This document shows positions 22,773-37,085 of a stretch of 64,000 nucleotides of DNA, piece by piece. Location: the NCBI RefSeq assembly GCF_964204645.1, contig NC_134026.1, forward strand, positions 22,044,150-22,108,149, read 5' to 3'. The notes beneath the pieces were generated by a model, which saw only the letters and a program-made list of their open reading frames with translations, was not told where the DNA came from and searched no databases. The position numbers were made by a program, and so were the translations under genes. Each line of letters opens with the position of its first letter. The first letter of the stretch is position 1. This stretch comes from Tubulanus polymorphus (Eukaryota; Animalia; Nemertea).

Positions 22773-25700
22773 ACGAATATCATCTCATTTCTATGGACGG
22801 GGCCCATGAAGATATAAATTTGGTGGGCTAACTCTTTAAGTTGGTAAGCGCATTTTACCCAAAGCTGGCCACTTTTCGAGATTTCTTTTCCTACTAAGAT
22901 ACTATTGGTGCATGGTTTCTTTTCTATTTTTCAAGAACAATTCCATTCATAGCTTTCCCTAAAATGGATAAACCGAGAAAAAAGCTGGACGTATTGATCC
23001 AAGAAAATGTGGTTTCATCACAGAATACATTGAATAGGTTGATAGTCAATAAATAGGTTATCTATTTTGAATTACACTGGTATTTCATACAAGATTAAAA
23101 GTAAGTCTACACATACAATTTCACAATATTGTCGATATGAACACAGTTTCGTAACTACGGGAGAGTAGATGGTTACCCGCGGAAGCTTTTCAATAACTAG
23201 GTTTCCATTTCCGTAGCATTAGTAATTTAGTGAGACCTTCCTGCGACTCGTGTGTGTGGTTGAAGATGAGACTGATTGATTTATGAACATGGAGACGGGA
23301 CAACGTTGGTAATTATCACGACCGCAGTGTCCAAGGGGAGAAAGCATGTCTCTTCCTACCAGACATAGGCTTAGTGCTAATACATGTTAATAGTCGCGAT
23401 TGATTCCTAAACCAAAGGTCAAATGATCGCCTGTTTTGTATTGTAGGATACGACGGTCAGTCGTAAATGATTGTAATGCGTGGCTAAGACTGTCGCATCC
23501 CGATAATTGCTTGGTCGAATCCTTACCAGAGATCGAAACCACTTAGTAAAGATCGACCGGTTTACCGCAATTACTCGCGACACTCGGCAGAACAAGCGAA
23601 ACGAAAAACTGACAATTTATACACGAAATCGAGCTTTTCATCGTTGCATCCACAAAGAAGCTTTCAATCATCGTTGCTATCAAAAGGAGATGGACGTTAT
23701 TCCATCACGGAACGAGCTTATTCATTTGATAGTTGTATGATATATAAGAATTACTCTTGACAGTTTGCAAGATCTAGAACCCTGGCCTTGGGGTCAATTC
23801 TTAAATCATGCTTATATAAAAACGCGAACGGCTATGATGTTGATGTACAACTGCCGATTAACCTAAACAAATTCTATTTTCTTTTTGGTCTTTTCGAAGT
23901 GGGCTGAATCCAAATCTTAAGTATCCACAACTAAAATGAAGTGACCTCTTTCGCAATCTTGAGTAGTTTAATTTGTTATCATTCAGTATTTAACTTATGC
24001 ATCATCATGTTATGACATTAGCAAGGAAATTATTCATCTACTATCATACGTAGTACACAAAACGATCGAAGACATCGTCGAATGATCGATTGATATGAAA
24101 GGCTGATTTGATCGATGGGCAGATGATAGTATAGTCAATCGAATAGTTTTACGCAATACTCGAAAATCGTGCTCAAGTCCCATGGCCGTGCTTTGGTGCA
24201 TCCTTACCATTCATGGATTCAAATCTGGGCTTCGTTGTCGCGGTGTCGTAAGTTCAAGTTTCGATATTGTTTAGGCGTTTAATAACATTTTAATGGGAAA
24301 CCTACGACCTCCTGTGGCATTCGAGGATTCCACTTATGGTAAGCGAGGAGCCACCAGGATCGCTAGTAGTTATCCGCTTGTTCCGCTTTCGATTTCTTCT
24401 ACATTTCAACCAAAACTGGATGAATTTTTCCTTAAATTAATCAATTATCTATTGATTAATTTCTAATTATTAGAAAACTATATCGATATCCAAGTAGATA
24501 AATAGATTTATTGTATCATTAGGCCTATTGGGTAGGTGCTGTGATAATGTATGGATTCGGGAGCCTAAAAATTCAGTTCAAAGTTAATTGAAAATGAATT
24601 AATCCAACGTAAGACTGAGTTAAGTGCTCGTCCTACCATCTGGTGGGATAACTGGTGTTGTGGGTCCCCATTCAAATCTACAAAATGTTGCGTCAGATAT
24701 TCGATAATTGTTAATAGGGTATTTTCACATCGGTGTTATGCTTCGAACGAATCCCTATAAATTTCGACTCCTGGGTTTAGGAACAGCTTTCAGTTTGGCG
24801 AAGGATTCTTCAAAGACAAGCCTCTCTCGTGGTGGACAATGGCCTTGATTATATGAATGCAACATTTCCCGTCACATGAACGTGATCTTGAATCATTCGT
24901 AATGACACGGTTACATTGCATCTGTAGGCATCATCTCTCATCAAAACCTTGAACAGCAATCGCGGCAGTCCAGTTACATTTCCGTCACTCCTGTGACCTT
25001 CTCTTTTTTTCTGGTTGGTAATGCAGAAACGTGTATAGCAATTTCCTGCGCGCTGCCAGTCACATGTATATTATCATGTGATCGAAGTTCAAACTTCTGT
25101 TACACAAGTAATTCGAAACACGGATACGGCTTAATATAAATTATAGAGTAAATATATGCTTGAAACATTTGTTTCTGAAAAAGCTGTGAATTAAAGCGCG
25201 CATAAAGTTCTGCTTTCTTAGATGAATAGATAAAAAGTCCAGTAATTTGAAAACTCGTTACAGCAATGTTTATGTCGCGTATCTACGATCTCGACTTTCG
25301 TATAAAATCATCGATTCAGAGCAGTATCGGGCCAGAAAATTACATATCAATTATTAATGAAAGCACAACGCAACAACGTACACTGTGGAAGTCACTAGTT
25401 GGTCGGGGACAAAGGTACTAATAATTTATTCAGCATCCCGTCAGCGTTAACTTAATGTGCATTGATATAAAGAGACCTCGAGTACGTTTCTGCATTAGTT
25501 TAGTTTATCAATCAACCACCTTTCCTAACATCTCACGTTGCAACTTTTTAAAATGTGCACTGACTTCATAAACTTCTAAAAGAAATATGTCTTGGTTAGT
25601 TCAGCAATCAATTTTGATTTCGTCTGACTAATAAGTCAATGACTAGCTTCTAAACTAATTGCATAGTGTCTAAGTTCAGGTTATTTCCAAAAACACTAAT

Positions 25701-26226
25701 CAACGTATGCCTGTTATCCGGAAAAAAGTTTATGAAAATCCGTTTAGGTTCGTCATAACCGTTATTTTCCGATCTGTCTCGAGATCAGATGATATGCCCT
25801 CATTGCAACGCAGTACGGGACGGATTTCAGATTCTTTTACAATGCCCCATTTTGTACCACAAGAGAAGGATACACCCCGAGATGTTATTGACAACACACG
25901 AATCAATTCAAACTTAAGATTTCTTCATCCTTGACGTCTCGAACTAGGTTTTTCGTGAATTCATGGTAACTCGCAATCTTTTTCAAGATTATTTTTCGCG
26001 ATCAGAGCTTATAGACTATGCTTATAGGTAAAATGTCATAATACCATTCGCATTTCTGTGGATTCCTATTTAGTTCGAAAAAAGAGGTCGAGGTCATTCA
26101 AGAAGCATTTTTATTCAAAATAAATTCATCATCATTTACATGTAGTATTAGTGCGGTACTTTTTGATTGATACTGGGTTTATAATTTATGATACTAGAAA
26201 TAAAAGTACATGTTTTGTGGTCGACA

Positions 26227-26234
26227 TGACGTCA
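26227..26234. promoter_or_regulatory. Full CRE palindrome
   Basis: ATGACGTCAT; motif match only. Confidence 0.4.
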
Positions 26235-27121
26235 TATTAAACGAGAAGGCGCAGGACTGGCGTTTAACCCATCGCTCTGCTTCAACGTCAAGGTCGTTTA
26301 TAATATATAACGATAAATTATCCTTCACTGTTACTGGTGAATTTAATTACAACTGAAGAAAAAAACCAACGATTGTTTGCAGCGATTATTTACGATAATA
26401 ATGAAATTGGCAGAGACGAAGAATACGTTATGTATATAACGTAAATTGATGAGACGGACATTAGATCTAACACGTGCGGGGGATATTGGTGATTCCGGGG
26501 CGGACGATCATCTGACACAAACATGATAAACGATGCCGCTTTCACTAAATAAGCGTTGATGAATTGGAGGCGCGAAATTATTATCGGCGAAAAGCAATTT
26601 CTTTTCAGGAAACAAAATGAAAATCGAAACGAACGAAGCGATATATCTTCACTCGCGATATATGCTACCAGTCTACGAGGATTACCGAGGTAAAAAGAAT
26701 TAAATAAATCGGTTAGGCTAAAATGATAGTGTGTTTCTCCTAAATCGCCCGGGTCACTTTTGTAAACCGCGATGATATCTGTAATCAGTTCATTTCTACA
26801 GCTACCGGGTGTGCTTTGGTTAGCTTGATCGTGATCTAAAAAAAACTAATGCACAGGGTAGATAGCCGACTTTTGGACGGGTCAACATTTAAGCTCAGTA
26901 AAAGTGAGAAAAATCGTTTTGAAAAAAATGAAGTCAAAAAGAAATTGTTGAAAAAAAATAAAGTCGCAGCAAAATTGTTCTGACAAAAACAAAGTCGCAA
27001 AAAAAGCGAGACGCTTCTGTAGCCTACACATCGGCAGTACATATCCGTATATTGGCATAGCGTATATAATGATTCGCTATAGTTTTTAACGTTTTATCGT
27101 CTATTTTTCTAGTCGAGTGTC

Positions 27122-27129
27122 TGACGTCA
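27122..27129. promoter_or_regulatory. Full CRE palindrome with nearby TGACGT half-sites (about 27323 and 27341)
   Basis: TGACGTCA plus clustered half-sites. Confidence 0.45.
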
Positions 27130-28662
27130 CTGAGACGCCAATGAAGATCGATGCGCAATGGATGTAATTCGTTAGAAAATATATCGAAGTTCATTAACGT
27201 CAATCCAGCCCGTACACGTCAGTAACATACACGACTCGGCAGCTCATCCTGGATCGTTTAGTACCGAGGAAACTCCCAGATCACGAACTGGTTCTTTAAA
27301 ACGTGCTTAAATTTAGATTCGCTGACGTGTATCGAGTGGGTGACGTCTGTATCTCTTCTTTTCGTTCTCTCTTCGGAGGTAGCATGAAACATCATATAGT
27401 TTGCGAGCAGGTGGAAATCGTCGATATCGCCTTCGTAACGAGTAACGAATAGTAAAGTAGGCCGAGAATGGCTGGCGAAAGGTAATTGCTAATCGAAAAT
27501 GTTCTTGCTAATGATCGAATGCGGTAAACTTTCAAAGCAGACGCGCATAAACCTCTACCAATCAGAAAGCTTGATATGCTTCATTTGATGCCTCGTTTTA
27601 GATTCGTATAATAGACATTGATTGCAACACTTAATAAGAAAGTCGTAAAAAGCAATGAAAGTCGGAGTTGATTTACTTGTATAGCGTACGTGAACGTTGC
27701 TTTATTTCTACTCATATAAGATTCATTTTCACATATGATTCTATTTCGTCTGCCCTGTTTAAAAATTGCAAATGCTAGAGACCTTTTAATGAAAATGAAG
27801 ATGCCAGTGAGGGAAGCACAAAGTTGATTCGTCGAAGTACTGATCCGAAGAACTAAAAAAAACTCGGCACCGGTAGAAAATGTAATCTACTATCGTAGAT
27901 AGACTGACGGCCTAAAAAACACGCTTAGTCAGCTCGAGTACAAGATGTTGAAGTGAAATCGAGAAATAATCGTACCATGTTTCAGCACGAAGACGATATT
28001 CACTTAAAATTGAGCCATCGTACGAAAAAAAAGTAAGTATGCAAATCTGAAACGGAACGATGATGCTCCTACAATGAGCGTCCAAACGATTTTAGCCGTC
28101 CTTGAACTTTCAGTTCGGACTATGCCAGGTTGTCTTTGATTTGTTGCTTAAAGATGTCTTTCGTAGGTACGTTAGTAGTTCGTACTGGTGACAAAGCCGT
28201 TAGACGCCGACTAGAACTGTCACGACAGCTGCCAAGTGCAGAGAAAATTGCTTCATGAATGTTCATTACAAATACAGTTTGCATATACATTGCAGACACC
28301 TGTTGGCCCGAGTATCTAAACTAATAGCAGCATAATAGCTGACACATGGAATTGTAATATCGCTGCCCCCACATCGAAAACTATAACCAAATATAGTATA
28401 CGTATAAACAAACAAAAAGACAAACAGATAGATACAACGAACGTCGGATCCCCAGAAATGTCTAATTTACAGAAATGTAATTCAGAAAAGATATAGAACC
28501 CATGTGGTCCCGCAGGAATTTGAACCAATATCTCGAGATATCCAGGGCCGATCGAATATTGAATCATCATGCATGAATAATCAGTGTACACATGTACAGC
28601 ATCGACATAATTGTTTACTATCACATATGGGATCGAATACAACTATTGTTTATATTACTTAC

Positions 28663-29028
28663 CTTATTTCGTTTTTTAATCCCTAATACACTTAAACCCG
28701 GCTTTGATTTATCCCCTTTCTTGAAAAAGCTTTGCTTTTTTCGCCTGCCGGACGTGATGAAAACTCTATCAGCATGACACGACCCGTTCAGGCCCAGTTT
28801 CTGTTGTCGGTGGCCAAAATCATCCAGCAGATTTTCTGAATCTACATCCCCAAATCCTCCAGGACGTATCCGATTATGATTATTCAATCGAATATCTAGC
28901 GGTGTATTGTCGTGTTTATCCAACATTGTGAATGTATAATTTTCGACGGGTTCAGGTCTGGTCAAACAAAACCACTGTCGGAGTGACCTGGACACATCCG
29001 AGAACCATTGCCTTACCGTTGCCCCCAT
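28663..29028 (-). CDS. Candidate distal first coding exon (122 aa, MGATVRQWFS...GIKKRNK) of the minus-strand gene
   Basis: First in-frame ATG (ccATGG) after an upstream stop; 122 open codons ending at a consensus AAG|gtaagt donor in phase 0, compatible with the acceptor at 691 (about 28-kb intron). Confidence 0.65.
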
Positions 29029-32000
29029 GGATCCTGATATATTTCCATTAAAACGTAGTAGAATGAAACTTGACGCTGATGAAATCTACATTCCATCACT
29101 ACTTCTTATAGATTCCGTCGGGAGCAACCTCCTCTGAGAGAATCGACACAAGTCGGCAAGCTAGAAACGTCCATTCAGACGAATGATCATCAATTTCGAA
29201 CAAAAACGCACCGACATGTGTCATGAGAGAGCGAGATTCGTTTGGCGAGAGACGGTAAAAATACTGATGCTCGTACGTTAGTCGCCAGTGATTTTGTTTC
29301 CTGCTAATTCCTTGTTGAATGCAATTCGGATATAGGAACAGCAAGATCCACTAACAGCGATCTGCGTGTCTTTGATCGACAAGTTATCTAAATGATTCTA
29401 GGCTTCATAATCAATTTGTGTTTATATGCCACATCGTTGATCCAGCGTTACGACAGTCATGTGTGTGCCGGCAAATACAGTCGTCCCGTATACTGCAGAA
29501 TAGGCGATGTCACACATTTGAAAGACTGTTGCAAAATATACTGCGGCAATGCGTACGACTTAATATCGAGAGCGAAATCAACTCAGCTAAATCATCGGAT
29601 TTATTGTGTCACAAGTCGAAAGACGTTAAGGTCTTTATGAGCCCGATACGAATCACTTGCTGTTGAAAAACAGACCTTCTTAAAACAGACGATACTGTCT
29701 TGTTTGTGTGTAATACGGGTATTCCTCCTCTCTAATCCGTTACCAGTGATTGCTGGAAATAAGGACTATTCGCGTAATATATACAGATTCTCTTTCCAGA
29801 CAGAGATGGCATCCGTCCATTCTATATCTATCGTCCAGCCAGCCAGCAGATGAGAACAGAGCATGAAAGCTTCTGGTTCGAACGCGTGTGCAGTTAGTTT
29901 GAGGGAGTAAAATTAGAAAACTCGACGATATTTGTTCGACTAGCACAAATTAAACACCCCGTCGATCCTCTGCCGTGTTCAGCTTGGTACTTACGCACGT
30001 CAGAGCACAAGACTCCGGTTTCAAAATCTCCGCTATTTCTTAATAATGTTTTCGTCTTGTAAGGATTTCCGTGACGAGAATTAGTATATAATTCGCTCGC
30101 TTTTTCTCGGTAAAGAATATTCGATCAATTTTGCGGCCAATTATGGTGATGATAAGAAAATCTGATCCTTCTCTTGTTCGGTTGTTTCAGCGGCACAGTT
30201 CATGCGACAAGTAACATCAAATCATGTATCATGTTTATTAGAAAGATATTTCACCCTCAAATTATCTAGGAATTTGTTATAGTCTAATTAGCTCACGTAC
30301 GACGAATACAGATAGATATTCAAACACATTAACATTTGATGATATAGATAAGCGTGGTTTCAAAATCATCGATATTTTGCTGTACAAAGACATGTCATTT
30401 GTCGGCATTTTCTAAGGTCGCGCGTGGAATATCGACTGAATAACACAACAATGTATGTATGTACGTATGGTATCAGTGAAAGGAATTCAATATTAAGAGA
30501 CTGGTGACTGGTGGGCTTTAATACACTGCCTCTGACATCAGATTTGATGTTACTATCCACAACACGGTGGTGGGTTCTACCTCCGGGAATTATTGAGATT
30601 CAAAACTGATTCGTTCTTATATTCGCGTTAATACGATGCAAAGAATTTGCGGAATCCTTATGCTAGACCTGGTGATACTTTCTTGAAAGGTATCGCTTCT
30701 GGGTGGTATGATGCACGTGTTGATCCTTTCAAACAATTCCTGGCGAAATAGAATTCGGTACTTTCGGTGATGGACGGGGGCAGCGGGTAGCCAGTCCCAG
30801 GCACACGATCGAGTGTCATACCCGGTCGTGTAAGACGGAAGTGTACACACTACATTCGAGACTGAAATCACTGGCAGGGTGAAATAACTTTCAGCCATCT
30901 CTGCAATTACACTACCAACCGACATTATCATAAATGGAACCTTGAGTATTAACGATACCTCATTCAGCGGAACAAACGGGATTCGACCCTCTTGGTGGGT
31001 CATCAAAGGTTCAGTATATAGTCTCTGGTCACAGTCGCAATTTGCTCAATTCCACCGAGCACATGTATATCGGGAATTGCTAAATTACTGTTGATTCTGT
31101 TCACTCATTGGTCACGATTTGCTTGATGCCGGAAATTAGCCGATCAATGGCGGTACACTTTAGTAGATCTTAGTATTCCGACTGCTACCCGTGCCTCATT
31201 CATCTTTGAAGATAGAAAATCCACCACCAGAGACCCGTCGAGATACAAACTAAATTGTACCGACGGCAATGTATTTTTCGATTGATCGAAAATTGTGGCA
31301 ACATCGATTTTATGAGTAAACAATAGAACAAAATCACTGAGACATGCAAACTCCCTCAAAGTGCATTTTCTTCGAGTAGAACTTTTAAAATATCTCTATC
31401 AACCACGTCATGAGTTTTAAGAAAACGAGCATCACATTCATACATGGTTTCCGCTGAGCATTCATTTATTTCCTGGTAGATCTAAGTATAAGAAACATTA
31501 AACGGATCTGTCTGATTATGTGGGATGGAAAAACCACCGATCCCCATGGTGATCACATCATGTCTCAATGTCGCAACAATATATCTCTCCGCAGTAGAAG
31601 ATGAAGACGAATACGGAATATCTATAATTGAAAGCTACTTCAATTTGATTAGCAATGAGAATGATCCCAAGGTCTCGTTGCACACTAAACCAAAAAATTA
31701 GCTCGAGACTGATAATTAGGACTCGTTCTTTTTAACAATAAAATTAAAATGAATTTCGACCAAATAGATTTATATGGTCACAGATGTAAGGTAATGGCTG
31801 CGTTACTATCAGCAGCTGGGCCGAAGGACCTTAAATTTGTTTTAGGCTTTGTTTGATCTCATCATTATAGATTCTGCAGTTCCTTTAGTTGTTTTATGGA
31901 TTTGAAAGCAGCTATGAGTCGGTTTCTGTATCTGGAACCGGAGATGAAGCGATATACGGACACGTCTTTGGTACTATTCTCAGAAAGAAATTCGAGTTGT

Positions 32001-33094
32001 GAAACACTAGTTCCTTCCAGGATTTTTGCGTAGGATTTTCATATATGAAAAATATCCAAGGGGGTATTCCAATGAATCTCAAAATAAGCAGGCGCTACAT
32101 TCATGATATATAATTTCATCAAGGAAACTACAATCAACCTTGCGGATCTTTTGGGACCAAGAAAACCCTCCAACTTAGAAAAAGTCCGATTTTGTAAGAG
32201 TCGGATTACCAGCTTTTTCCGAAAACTACGATTTGAGAAATTACATCAACATCTACAAGAAAAGATTTGAAAACACTGACATATTTCGGATTTAAGTTTC
32301 TATTCTAATAAACTAACCACAACTGAAATAACGACTGTTGACATGCATTGTCGATTTCAAACCAGGAACCGGGGTTGGAGCAGCGAGGAAATCCAACTGC
32401 AATGGGAAGAAAATAGCTCTCCGACTTTCTGCAAGTGATTTCTGGACCGAGAAAAGTAGAACGTGATAGGCGAGTTTCTGACTTGGCCGTCGAAATTTGG
32501 CTGATTTCTCTGAACAACGCTTTGCTCAATCTATTGCCACATCAGCTTACCCTAAATTCCAAGTACTCAAAAATAGAATATATTCTCAACGAACTCACAA
32601 TTCTAAAAGCAACCAATTAATCATTTAATGAGGTAATCAAGAACTAAAAATCTTCTAAAACATCTCAATCCTGATTCGATGAGATTTCTTCCGTTCTATT
32701 TGCAAATGGTTGATCAATCATTTTAAAAGACGGACGTAAGAAGTTTAAGTCTTAATGTTTACAACAACCAAAAAATGTGACTGCATATCCTCTCCTCTAT
32801 CGTTACCCCTCGAAACGTCATTAACCATCGTAGGTGAACGTGGGACATGAAGGTTCAGCTGATTGATATGTCAGTTACTGAACTGCATTTGCAATAGCGT
32901 ATAGGCCTATGTTTACTTGGCATACTCTCGTCATCAATATACAATACTATAGAGTATACTAGTAATTTATATGGTTTAACAGTCTGTAGTTGGAATAGGA
33001 TTTTGCTCGATAGTCGATTTATTCAATATAAAGATTAATGGTGGTGTCATATGCAGTTAATATTCAACACTGAAGTCGACACTTAAAACCTCGT

Positions 33095-33257
33095 GCACGC
33101 AGCAAGAATTAAACACGAAACAAATTCCTGTTTATATGTTTCGGTGATTTTGGCTAGCTCCGGCTATCAGTCAACGTTTTGCGTTTCGGGTATATTCACG
33201 AAACAAGCCAGAAAAGTGTAGCTGTTTCCTTCTTCGGGTTTATCTTGCTATTTATGC
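33095..33257. repeat. MITE-like repeat (related to 10172-10322)
   Basis: Imperfect inverted ends gca..agcaaga..aaacacgaa / ttcgggttt.tcttgct..tgc and shared internal blocks. Confidence 0.55.
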
Positions 33258-34516
33258 TAGACTTTTGTCAAAATAATACAATATAATATGATATAATCTT
33301 ATTTTCATCTTATGTCATGCAAGATTATTTATTTACATTCAGTCATCGTTTGTTTGATTCATCGCGTGAATTTTCAGTACAACTTGCCTTTTGCAACCGT
33401 TCATTTGTTCGGGATCAGATATTATGTATGGCATATTTTTCATAATTTCATAGCGGCGTACAATTTTCATCGATGAATTTTCTACATCGGCAATTTTGAC
33501 ATACAATAAACGAATAATCATCGCAGATTATCCTCTAGTACATTGCCATCTAGCGGATTAGAATCTCGATATTCAGGATTCATTCCACACATACGATGTA
33601 CGCATTACGTATTTATCATTCGCTGGAAACATATTACTGCTAAGTAATTACCTTATGAAAAAGACAATTCTGAATCCATGCGCAAACATAATTTTCTTGA
33701 TACACGCGTATTTTATTTATGAAGTGTATAGCAAAATACATGATACTAAATATCAACGATATTGTCATCAAGATAGAATATATATTTGCAGCTTTCATTT
33801 CAATAAAAAAGACCATCAGGAACAAGCTATCATTATTAGCAATGCGCATTTAAGGAAGCGATAAAGTCGTTTTGGTGGAGACATAGATAATCGTATAACA
33901 TTAGTTCAAGGAAACACAACTGTAAGACCTATTACTTGTACATCGCCGGGTAGTTCTAATTCTATGGAAAGCTTCTAATGGTCATAAAGAATAAGAATTC
34001 TGTACTTGGAAAATCTAGAAAAAAATGAATCTATTTCTGGACGGAGATTTCGTTAATATATCTATTTATTAGAAAATTCTGGTTGTTACATTTGATTTTT
34101 CCATTATTTACTTAATTGAGCATGTTAAATAATATTCCCGTGTATGAAGCCTCTTCGAATTATACTTTTCAAAAGACGAACTGCGGTTCTATTGCAATAA
34201 TGGTTATGTTCACCCATTATATCGTTACTGAATGAAGAACTTAAATCAAATATAAATACATGCATATATACACGCATCTGCGTCAAGCAAACATGTGGAT
34301 AATAAAAGGAATCGATATATAACGATTTGAATTTGCAGTCCTGCGAGCGAGTAAACGCGTCGTAATGAAATTTCAGAATAGCACAAGTGTGCATGACCGT
34401 GAATCGCATGGGGAGGCGGCGCTCTGGTTTTGGGAACTAAACAATCTACGAAAAAGATGCGTATGATGGAGAAACAGCGAGCCTCACTTTGAATCGCTGT
34501 GTAAGATAGCTTCCCG

Positions 34517-34689
34517 TGACGTCACTCCGTTCAGCAGTGCTGCAGCAGTTACACCATTCCAGATCCTTGTTTGTAATACACCTACCTCTCACAAAACAAT
34601 GATAGGTACAATGCATCTTCGATAGTAACCGTCCGGATTCGGAAATTAAAATTCGTTCAAATACAGTGGATAATGCACACCGTCTGAAG
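34517..34689 (+). promoter_or_regulatory. Candidate promoter (CRE at 34517-34524) and non-coding first exon of the RGS gene
   Basis: GTGACGTCAC followed by initiator-like TCAG/CAGTT, then a consensus AAG|gtaagt donor at 34689/34690. The first RGS coding exon begins at an acceptor, so an upstream exon must exist. Confidence 0.45.
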
Positions 34690-36345
34690 GTAAGTGGACG
34701 TTTCGTTTGATAGTTTCAGTTTGAAACAGTGCAGTTGTTGAGAATGCTCTGTCGTTCACAGCTGATTGACTCCATTTATAAGCAGGTATTGATCGTGTAA
34801 GCTGCATGGTACATCATCTGTACGATATATTGCAGAAACGCGAAATGCCATTTATATTCCTTTATATGTAAAGGTGAGACCTCTATATATATACACACAA
34901 CAGTTAGGTGATGGAGAAACTCAATCTGGCTTCATAATGAGCAGAGCTTGAAACCGGAAACCGAATACCGTGAAAACCACTTCCGGTCGACAATGGCCAA
35001 AATATCTACGAAATGTGTCTTTGGGTTTCTTTTCTTATTGCCGAGTAAAATTATGCAAACAATTCATAGAAGTTTACGATTATTCAGTTTTCGTTATGCA
35101 TTATTCGTAATTCAGTTGTGTAAATTCAATGTATGTTCCTGAAGGCTGGCTGAAAAGTAACAGCTTACACGGTGAGCGATCACGGATAGGCCTGTGGCAT
35201 TTTCTTAAAGATACATTAATGCATAGGTAGAAACATACGTTGCATATAAAAGTGTGAAAATTGAGAAATAGCCAGAGCAGATGGCCGATGGGTGGAAAAG
35301 TCGGTGTGTGGATGTTCTGTTATTGTAAAAATGATGAAGCCTGAAATGAGACGCGTCGTGACGGAGTCAGTGTGACTACCAGATAGATTAACGGATTATC
35401 GCCCACTGGTGAAGATCGATATCTTGTTAATCTGCTTCGATATGCGAAAATGGCTTGAACCCTATCATGGAACACGAATAGGGCAAACCGCACATCACAT
35501 AACCGCTGATTTTGAAGGCCTCCACACTATATGACTGCAGAGGGTCCGCCATTTGAATCCGGTACAGAATAATGAATCCGGTGAACCCTCGTTGTTTCAA
35601 AGGAATGCCGATTTCCTAGTATAGTATTATTGCTGCATCTTTAGTAGCATCTGTGGCCGTCTTTTGTAGTTTTCCAAATGTCATGGGTTCTGCCGCATGT
35701 CCATCAAATAACACGGATCACCGAGCACATTATTGATCATAGACCATTATATGCATCATAAATGCATCAAAAGAGTCCGCCGCAAAGAGCTGGATTCGCG
35801 GTTCGCTCTGACGAGACGTAAGATTTCGATCCGAAAAAATACCGATAATATGGATTGTGTGCGTCATTATTCGTGATAAATCAATTGCTAATATCTTGAC
35901 TTTAAAAATGCTTAATATTGCAGACGAGACAATCGATAGTTTTTCGTACACTGATGCGCGATACCGACTAGATTACGTTCAATGAAATAGCCAGTATTTG
36001 AAATTCTCCAGCCATTTCAAAAAGCAAATCGATGAATAAACACCCATCGCTATTTATTTTGCCTTATATAGAGATCATGCCGATGATAGTAAACGCATGG
36101 ATAGACACCAATTACTTGGAAATTAACTGCGTTCTTATCATCTAGTTCGCACCCTGTAACCAATTATCGCAAGGGAATAATCTCCCCAAGGTCCATGCCA
36201 CCAGCGTCCAGAGGATTATTACTTTTAGTTCCCGCACAAACAGATTTCATACCCGGCCTCCAGACATTCCATCCCTTTAACATCTGCTTCATGGAATACG
36301 GAATAAATTTCCAGGTTAATATGTATCAACGTTTGAAGAATTTAC

Positions 36346-36559
<214 letters not shown>

Positions 36560-37071
36560 TATATGTATATATAAACGTGGTTAATACTTAATACTAAGTT
36601 ACGTTAAGAATACATCCACACACGAAGTTATCATATCATTTTCAACGGGAAATCCAAATTCAAACGGGTTTTTGAAATTCCGACCTCCGTAAGCACCGAA
36701 AATTGCAGTTCAAACTACTTTTCTCAGTTTCATGTTGTTCAAACTGTCAATCAATACGTGGTGAGAACGTTCGAAATGTACATCATTTATCGTGTATAGC
36801 TTCGGTAGCTGGGATGATAAGCGTTTTTAATGTATCAAAAACAACAAGGGAACTAGTGCAAAACAGGCGTAGTCTGCAATATGTTGGACTTATTGAGCAT
36901 ATTGGATGTAATTTTTGTAGCATTTGTTCGTTAGCAGCGTATATCGACTTTTTTCGATATACCAGGTGCAGACATAAGTCCGATATACTGAACGGGAGAC
37001 ATCTTGAGCTCGCTTCTATTCATTAACCTCAATTAAGACCCAGGTGAAAATCAATTGGATTGATGCTCTCA

Positions 37072-37085
37072 GTTACCATGGCAAC
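37072..37085. promoter_or_regulatory. RFX X-box
   Basis: GTTACCATGGCAAC. Confidence 0.5.

Noticed and set aside
26905-27010. A-rich 30-bp quasi-repeats (and aataccc repeats at 61220-61258) as a CRISPR-like array
   Set aside because: Degenerate units without unique spacers in eukaryotic DNA; typical transposon subterminal or low-complexity repeats.
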